A DNA stretch of 32,000 nucleotides from Nostoc punctiforme PCC 73102. Its GTDB lineage: Bacteria > Cyanobacteriota > Cyanobacteriia > Cyanobacteriales > Nostocaceae. The DNA lies in contig NC_010628.1 of assembly GCF_000020025.1 (NCBI RefSeq), positions 1,920,001 through 1,952,000 of the forward strand, read 5' to 3'. This document shows positions 27,301 to 32,000 of this stretch, piece after piece (the stretch's first letter is position 1; every line of letters begins with the position of its first letter). A program made the translations under genes and the position numbers. The notes beneath the pieces are model-generated. The model made no database searches. It was not told where the DNA came from and saw only the letters and a program-made list of their open reading frames with translations.

Positions 27301-27370
27301 AGAAGCTTTCCAAGCCCGGATTGAGGTGAATAAAACTCAAGAAGGTTCGCAGTTGAGTTTATCAATTTAA
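24344..27370 (+). CDS. sbcC: SbcC/Rad50-family DNA repair ATPase (1008 aa)
   Basis: N-terminal Walker A (KNFLSYRD...ISGSNGAGKSSLLEAITWAIWG). About 750 aa of Q/E/L-rich coiled coil with a central zinc-hook CPLC (25835-25846, about residue 498). C-terminal signature YSGGEAFRINFAIRLALA, Walker B LLIVDEGFG and H-loop VTHMP. Confidence 0.85.
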   Translation: MIPVQLILKNFLSYRDATLDFRGLHTACISGSNGAGKSSLLEAITWAIWGESRATAEDDVIYSGAKEVRVDFTFQSNQQKYRVIRTRIRGGTSVLEFQIEIPSGFRSLTGKGVRATQDLILEHIKLDYDTFINSAYLRQGRADEFMLKRPTERKEILAELLKLNQYDDLEERAKESSRQFKARAVELERSLESIKIQLQQRETTEAQRVELEAELNQLQQVQAFDNIQLQSLQVVQHQRQNWEQQLSFVKQQYQNLTQDCDRLQQEQSAIGSQLSDLEKILHQEAEIKAGYTQYQSLQSQEEAFAAKFEEYTRAQQTRQQKQQHLTKQIHEIERQLQQAQAQLEALHQQERDIQQTLTKSGEVEAALSQLAAARHHVARLDQLQMQVTPLLQQRATLQSQLDRTHAGLVARLEQLQSTENQLQRQQHRQPQLQQAVMDVAIQIEELEKKRVYLQRVQEKGHERRHFIERLQAHQRDYEKLLGELEQKLQMLQNPEALCPLCERPLDEHHWSRVVEKTQAELEDTQGQFWVVREQMAVSDREIQVLRQEYREISQQLASYDGLREQRGQLAAQLEATTDVQQQLQQIAAEKQHLERSLQAGDYAPDKQAELRQLDQYLQQANYNEQDHALARSEVERWRWAEIKQGQIKDATKRQAQLLARKPELQSQIAQLQVRIQQDQTDSECAKQIAALERHITEIGYSSEQHNNLRIAVRQAQSWHLRYQQLLSAQQQYPQLQTRLQELEESRSARVTERQKLGGQIESIIQQLQATANPSAQIQALEQQLAIRRRQLDEQIAKLGRLEQLALQLETLQIQYEQQHQQLQSCKQEYRVYQELAQAFGKNGIQALMIENVLPQLEAETNQLLSRLSGNQFHVQFITQKAGRSAKSTKKNAKLIDTLDILIADSRGTRSYETYSGGEAFRINFAIRLALAKLLAQRAGAALQLLIVDEGFGTQDAEGCDRLIAAINAIASDFACILTVTHMPHLKEAFQARIEVNKTQEGSQLSLSI

Positions 27371-28716
27371 TTGAATTTTACCCGTGCATCCAGACCATAG
27401 GAGCGAAGCATTTTCGTTAGGGTTTCGGCTTGTGCGCGATCGCTAAATGCTCCAGCATTCACATAATCCCCTAGATGGGATTGCTCTGTAACCGCATTGG
27501 GTATATATTGTTGTACCTTACTCAGAGTATCGTTATTCGAAATTGGCACTATTACTCTGTAAGGATTACTAGCAACTAATGTGTTGCCATTAGTCCCTGG
27601 TACAGCATAGGCAGTAGCAGGAGGTAATACATAGCGATTATTTTCAGGTGTAGCATAGCCAGTATTAACAGGTACTAGATAGCGAGTTTCAGGTAATACA
27701 GAGCCATTAGCCTCAGTATAATTGCCCCCAGTTGAGCTATCTAACCCTAATGCTTGCCAAGTTTGCCAATCTACATTTCCAGTAACATTAAGTCGAGAAT
27801 ATTGCTGGAATGCAATCACGGTTTCTTTGGTGGAATCGCTGAAAAAGCCATCAGGATTGGTATTAGAGAAACCCAACTGCGATAAACGCTCTTGAACTAA
27901 TGCGACATTATCTCCGCGATCGCCTAGAGTCAGATAATCTCTGCTCGGTTGTTGAGTAATAGATCCACCAGTTGAGACTCTACGTACTGCATCTAAAACT
28001 TGAGCATTGGCAATGCCGTTAACAGGTAGGCGGTAATTTCGCTGGAATTTGATTACAGCATCTCTAGTCATTGGGCCAATCTTCCCAGTAGGACTAGTAT
28101 TAAAATAACCTAGCTGCTGCAAGCGCCCTTGTAGTTCTCTCACTTGTTGAGTTGAGAGACTCGATCTAGTCTGAGTCGGAGACGAACCTAGTAGTGCGTT
28201 CCAAGTTTGTCGATTTACAATTCCGTTCGCAGCTATGCGATAATTTCGCTGGAATTTGATCACAGCATCTCTAGTCATTGGGCCAAAAGTCCCTGTGGCA
28301 TTGGCATTCAAGTAGCCTAACTGCCGCAGACGCTGTTGTAACCTTGTGACGGCTGCACCAGTTTTGCCTTGGGAGAGAACAGGATATTGACCACTTGGCG
28401 ATGCCTGGGTTGTGCTGCGCCTACGCGATGCGCTACTAGAAGTTCTACTTTGACATGCTCGCTGTAAGGCTTGTTGCGTATTAATACCCACAACCCCATC
28501 AGCAGGTATTCTGTTCGCTTGCTGAAATTTAATGACAGCGTTTTGAGTCAGACTAGCAAACTTACCACTCACTGGGCCGTTAAAGTAGCCTAACTTTTTT
28601 AAACACCTCTGGCTACTAGTAACTTCCGACCCATTACTTCCAATTTTTTGAAGTGCCAAAGATTGCCCTGCGATACTCAGAAGCCCCGTAATTATTGCCG
28701 CAGACAAAAGACGCAT
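27367..28716 (-). CDS. secreted protein with four PG_binding_1 repeats and a SPOR-like C-terminus (449 aa from ATG 28716; ORF track GTG start at 28848)
   Basis: Four copies of LGY(F/L)N...G.(F/I)G..T..AVI.FQ...R(I/L)..(D/N)G(V/I) are present. From M45 the sequence MRLLSAAIITGLLSIAGQSLA is a good signal peptide. The C-terminal YRVIVPIS...GDYVNAGAFSDRAQAETLTKMLRSYGLDARV resembles a SPOR domain (tentative). Confidence 0.75.
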   Translation of the reverse strand: MRLLSAAIITGLLSIAGQSLALQKIGSNGSEVTSSQRCLKKLGYFNGPVSGKFASLTQNAVIKFQQANRIPADGVVGINTQQALQRACQSRTSSSASRRRSTTQASPSGQYPVLSQGKTGAAVTRLQQRLRQLGYLNANATGTFGPMTRDAVIKFQRNYRIAANGIVNRQTWNALLGSSPTQTRSSLSTQQVRELQGRLQQLGYFNTSPTGKIGPMTRDAVIKFQRNYRLPVNGIANAQVLDAVRRVSTGGSITQQPSRDYLTLGDRGDNVALVQERLSQLGFSNTNPDGFFSDSTKETVIAFQQYSRLNVTGNVDWQTWQALGLDSSTGGNYTEANGSVLPETRYLVPVNTGYATPENNRYVLPPATAYAVPGTNGNTLVASNPYRVIVPISNNDTLSKVQQYIPNAVTEQSHLGDYVNAGAFSDRAQAETLTKMLRSYGLDARVKFN

Positions 28717-28970
28717 CGCCGCACCGCTAGATAACTTTTTCCAATTCAAAAATTTGAAATTAGCTACGTTAGGAACAACCTTGACGCTTTCAGATGCCTC
28801 ATAGACTGAGGCAAGCTTGGTTAAATAGCTATCTACCCCTGTTTTCACTTGCTTTTTTTCAAGTTATGACCATACAAGATTATACTGTTTTCTCTGTGTC
28901 ATGTTTGTTATTTGTATGATTCTTTACAAGTAATTTCTCAGAAGAAGCAGGAGGTAGGGGAACTGCTCTG

Positions 28971-29003
28971 AACAAGGGAGAAACAAGGGAGAAACAAGGG
29001 AGA
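28971..29003. repeat. 3 x 11-bp tandem repeat AACAAGGGAGA
   Basis: Read directly. It shares the CAAGGGAGA core with 7870-7878. It is intergenic and explains the spurious ORF 28880-29110. Confidence 0.9.
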
Positions 29004-29057
29004 AAAATTAAAAGAGCCATCACGGTTCCAGAGCAACAAAACTTATTTATGGAATTT

Positions 29058-29606
29058 TTATTGCTCTGTTTTTTGTGTATCCTCTGGTTTTTCAGGCTTT
29101 TGTTCATCAACTTTTTCAGTATTACCTGCTTTCACCCAACCTTCTTGTTCGCTATCTTCCAAACGGATCTTTTGCCAACCCTTGTCCTCGCTTTCTTCTA
29201 AAATAATAATTTTTTGATTAAAAGCAACCCCACCAATTTTTTCAGCCTCTTGATTTGGTTGCGATCGCAAACTCAAGCCTTCAGCCCAACTAACACGCCC
29301 TCGGTAAGCTCCCGATGGCAATGCTTTTGGTGATGGGGTAGGCTTTGGTGATGCTGTGGGAGTGGGGCTTGAGCTTGGAGACGATTTAGTAGATGTCCCA
29401 GGTGTCAAGCTGGGTTTAGCTCCTCCAAGCTCAGTTCCTTTTGGAGCTTGGGCTTTCACTGAGGGACTATCGTTGGAATAAACAGGTTTGGCAGGGGGTA
29501 TGCCGGTGCGATTCATAAAATAGAGTGCAATTGCAGCGCCGCCACCTATTAGTACAGCGATCGCTAAGAAAAACCCAAGTATAAATTTTGTTAAGCCAGA
29601 CAACAT
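29058..29606 (-). CDS. membrane-anchored protein with a Pro/Ser/Thr-rich linker and a bacterial SH3-like C-terminal domain (182 aa from ATG 29606)
   Basis: TM helix ILGFFLAIAVLIGGGAAIALYF, then linker ...TSTKSSPSSSPTPTASPKPTPSPK. The C-terminus YRGRVSWAEGLSLRSQPNQEAEKIGGVAFNQKIIILEESEDKGWQKIRLEDSEQEGWVKAG fits SH3_3. The ORF-track TTG start at 29633 lies inside a heptamer repeat. Confidence 0.7.
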   Translation of the reverse strand: MLSGLTKFILGFFLAIAVLIGGGAAIALYFMNRTGIPPAKPVYSNDSPSVKAQAPKGTELGGAKPSLTPGTSTKSSPSSSPTPTASPKPTPSPKALPSGAYRGRVSWAEGLSLRSQPNQEAEKIGGVAFNQKIIILEESEDKGWQKIRLEDSEQEGWVKAGNTEKVDEQKPEKPEDTQKTEQ

Positions 29607-29630
29607 AGTTAAAACCCGATCGCCAGTGGT

Positions 29631-29651
29631 CAATAGTCAATAGTCAATAGT
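29631..29651. repeat. 3 x tandem heptamer CAATAGT (STRR-like)
   Basis: caatagtcaatagtcaatagt, read directly, in the 118-bp gap between ycf46 and the SH3 gene. Confidence 0.8.
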
Positions 29652-29724
29652 AATTCATGATTCACTGTTGACCATTGACTAGCAATTATTAACTAACTCA
29701 TTATTGTAGCTACTGTTGAAGCGT

Positions 29725-31236
29725 TCACGTAGTGCGCCGGAGGCGTTCGCTTAAAGGATTATGTTTCGACGCTAAACGCGCTCTGCCAGCCGCCGCCCAT
29801 TCTTGGAGTTGCTGAATTTGCTCTACAGCAGTTCGCGCCAAGGGTACGATCTGACTTGCTGCTTCTAAAATATCGTCAGTAGCAAAGTCGCGGTTTTGGC
29901 TAAATCCAATATGCATCGCTTCAATTAAAGTTTGCTCAATCTCGGCCCCGGAAAAATCGGGCGTTTCATAAGCTAACCTTTCGATGTCATAACTTTTCAA
30001 GTTATGGGGGCGCAATCGGGATAAATGAACATCATAAATTGCTTTTCTCTCTTCTTGGGTGGGCAATCCCACAAAGAAAATTTCATCAAATCGCCCTTTA
30101 CGCAGCATTTCCGGCGGTAGGGCTTGGATGTCGTTGGCAGTGGCGACGACAAAAACAGGTGAGCTTTTTTCGGCTAGCCAGTTAATAAAAGTACCAAACA
30201 CACGGCTGGCTGTTCCTGCATCACCTTTGCTACCAAGTCCGGCAAAGGCTTTATCTATTTCATCAATCCACAAAATACAGGGAGCGAGGGCTTCGGCTAC
30301 TTGGATCATTTGCCGAGTTCGAGATTCTGATTCACCCACCAAACCACCAAATAACCTGCCCACATCCAGACGTAGCAAGGGTAAATGCCAGTGATGAGCG
30401 ATCGCTTTTGCTGTTAACGATTTACCAGTTCCCTGAATACCCACCAACATTAAACCACGGGGGTGCGGTAATCCGTACTGTCGGGCCTTATCAGTAAATG
30501 AACCTCCCCGCCGAATCAGCCAGTCTTTCAAGTTATCCAGTCCGCCAATATCAGAAATTTGCTCAGTGGCGGGGTAGAAGTCCAGGATTTGGGTTTGGCG
30601 GATAGTTTGGCGCTTTTCTTCCAAAACGAGATCCACGTCTTCTGGCTGCAATTCGCCGTGGGTAGCGATCGCTTTTGCTAAAACTCGGCGAATCCTTTCC
30701 ATCGAAAGTCCTTGACAAGATAGCACCAAATCATCTAATACTTTGCCAGAAAGGGAGTTACCAGTGCTTTGGAGTAAACGTTCCACCTCAGTTTTAATTT
30801 CTGCGGCGGCGGGTAAGGGAAACTCGACGACTGTCAGCACTTCCGTTAAATCGTCAGGAATGGCGATGCGTGGCGACAGTAGGACAATATTTTTTGGTTG
30901 CGACTTGAGGAGTCGGGACAGATTGCGGAGTTTGCGGGCGATCGCTACATCATCTAAAAAGCGATGATAATCTCGGAGAATCAATACCGCAGGTGCGGAA
31001 GCTGGTAATTTTTCGATAAATTCTAAAGCTTGCAACGGGTTACGTCGCCCAAACCCAACATCATTGGGGTTTCCTTGATAGCCATCGACAAAATCCCAAG
31101 TATATACTGGGCGATTACCTTGGTTAGTTGCTTCTTCTCGGATAGCTGCTTCTACCCGCTCCTCTTCGTATGTGGGAATATAAATCAAGGGGTAGCGGGC
31201 GCGTAGCAGTAATTTAAACTCTTCACGGAAGTTCAT
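29725..31236 (-). CDS. ycf46: Ycf46-type AAA+ ATPase (503 aa)
   Basis: N-terminus [29 protein letters not shown] single C-terminal AAA module has Walker A GIQGTGKS and Walker [10 protein letters not shown], plus [19 protein letters not shown]. Size and layout match the cyanobacterial/plastid Ycf46 family as I recall it. Confidence 0.75.
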   Translation of the reverse strand: MNFREEFKLLLRARYPLIYIPTYEEERVEAAIREEATNQGNRPVYTWDFVDGYQGNPNDVGFGRRNPLQALEFIEKLPASAPAVLILRDYHRFLDDVAIARKLRNLSRLLKSQPKNIVLLSPRIAIPDDLTEVLTVVEFPLPAAAEIKTEVERLLQSTGNSLSGKVLDDLVLSCQGLSMERIRRVLAKAIATHGELQPEDVDLVLEEKRQTIRQTQILDFYPATEQISDIGGLDNLKDWLIRRGGSFTDKARQYGLPHPRGLMLVGIQGTGKSLTAKAIAHHWHLPLLRLDVGRLFGGLVGESESRTRQMIQVAEALAPCILWIDEIDKAFAGLGSKGDAGTASRVFGTFINWLAEKSSPVFVVATANDIQALPPEMLRKGRFDEIFFVGLPTQEERKAIYDVHLSRLRPHNLKSYDIERLAYETPDFSGAEIEQTLIEAMHIGFSQNRDFATDDILEAASQIVPLARTAVEQIQQLQEWAAAGRARLASKHNPLSERLRRTT

Positions 31237-31300
31237 ATATAGCTGTTATTGGTTAGTTTATCTTGAACGCAATGTACAACTTTCTTGGTTCAGAAAGCCA

Positions 31301-31999
31301 ATGAGTAACCAGCAAGAACAATACAATATTGATTTTCTCGTTCAGCAACTACGCACAAGTCAAGATAACGCTGTTCTTAAACAGACTGCTAAACATTTGG
31401 GGTTTCTTGGTGCTAATAACCCGGATGTCATAGCTGCCTTGATTCATGTAGCACGCACTACAATTGATGAACCAACTCGCTGGGCAGCAATTCAAAGTTT
31501 GAGCGAAATTGGTACTGATAATAATGATGTTATCCAAACTTTGATTGAGCAACTTAACACTGCTCGTATACCTACCCGCAGGATAGCAGCTCAGAATTTG
31601 GCAAAAATTGCTGTTGGTAATCAATATGCAATTACTAGTCTAATAAGTTTGGCACAAATAACTGAAGAAGAACATACTCGTCAGTATGTTGCTTATAGTT
31701 TAGGAATTATTGCAAAAGGTAATAGAGACGCTGTTAATGCTCTAATTGATTTAATATATAAAAGTTCCGATGAATATACTCACTACTTATGCGTTGATGC
31801 TTTTACAAAACTTGGTAAGTGGAATAAAGAGATAATTGACGCTTTAATTCATATAGGTAAAACAGCAGAATTTTATATTCGTTCGAAACTATTGCAGACG
31901 TTAAAAGCAAGAGGAATAAATATAAATGGCTATACTTCGAATTCTTCATTTCGTCTATTGTTAGAACAAATGAAAGAAGAAAATAACCAAACTGAATAA
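31301..31999 (+). CDS. HEAT-repeat (PBS-lyase HEAT-like) protein (232 aa)
   Basis: Five to six repeats of about 37 aa follow the pattern ..R..AA..L..IG.(G)N.DAI.ALI.L(I/L). Examples are PTRWAAIQSLSEIGTDNNDVIQTLIEQL, TRRIAAQNLAKIAVGNQYAITSLISL and HTRQYVAYSLGIIAKGNRDAVNALIDLI. Confidence 0.75.
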   Translation: MSNQQEQYNIDFLVQQLRTSQDNAVLKQTAKHLGFLGANNPDVIAALIHVARTTIDEPTRWAAIQSLSEIGTDNNDVIQTLIEQLNTARIPTRRIAAQNLAKIAVGNQYAITSLISLAQITEEEHTRQYVAYSLGIIAKGNRDAVNALIDLIYKSSDEYTHYLCVDAFTKLGKWNKEIIDALIHIGKTAEFYIRSKLLQTLKARGININGYTSNSSFRLLLEQMKEENNQTE

Positions 32000-32000
32000 T

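Noticed and set aside
28880-29110. A 76-aa minus-strand ORF.
   Set aside because: It reads through the 11-bp tandem repeat and overlaps the SH3 gene's 3' end. It is low-complexity.

Overview
This reads as chromosomal DNA from a filamentous, probably heterocyst-forming (Nostocales-like) cyanobacterium. The evidence is 27 exact HIP1 octamers (GCGATCGC) counted by eye, STRR-style tandem heptamers in intergenic gaps, and cyanobacterial marker genes (ccmP, chlM, a ycf46-like AAA+ gene). I can support 22 intact protein-coding genes (two of them weak), one IS element and one IS-disrupted gene. In order they are: a ccmP + pentapeptide-repeat operon, a small conserved ORF, a GT4 glycosyltransferase, an NPP/alkaline-phosphatase-superfamily exoenzyme, DUF1350, short-type argC, an MFS transporter, glpK and a PAS-Crp/Fnr regulator. 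Next comes an ISAzo13-family IS (15792-17112, transposase frameshifted) that splits a secreted-protein gene, followed by a weak S/N-rich secreted ORF, an EgtC-like class II amidotransferase, a Pol-beta-type nucleotidyltransferase, DUF423, a membrane protein, chlM and DUF433. The last genes are sbcC, a 4x PG-binding/SPOR-like protein, a membrane-anchored SH3 protein, ycf46 and a HEAT-repeat protein. I saw no rRNA, tRNA or CRISPR array. Most of the window is ordinary conserved cyanobacterial content. The middle (~12-21.2 kb) is compositionally different: AT-rich, with long gene-poor gaps and almost no HIP1. It carries the IS and the oddest arrangement, two divergent genes whose start codons abut or overlap. 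I did not find a convincing multi-gene new system; there is no defence-island or biosynthetic-cluster signature. The best follow-up candidates are the ccmP-pentapeptide operon, the 10 x 21-bp tandem array upstream of sbcC, the head-to-head EgtC-like/nucleotidyltransferase pair, the ycf46-SH3-PG-binding gene string, and a MITE-like repeat family with shared TAGYCTGTYAA termini. All functional calls come from my own reading of motifs in the supplied translations; no database search was run.
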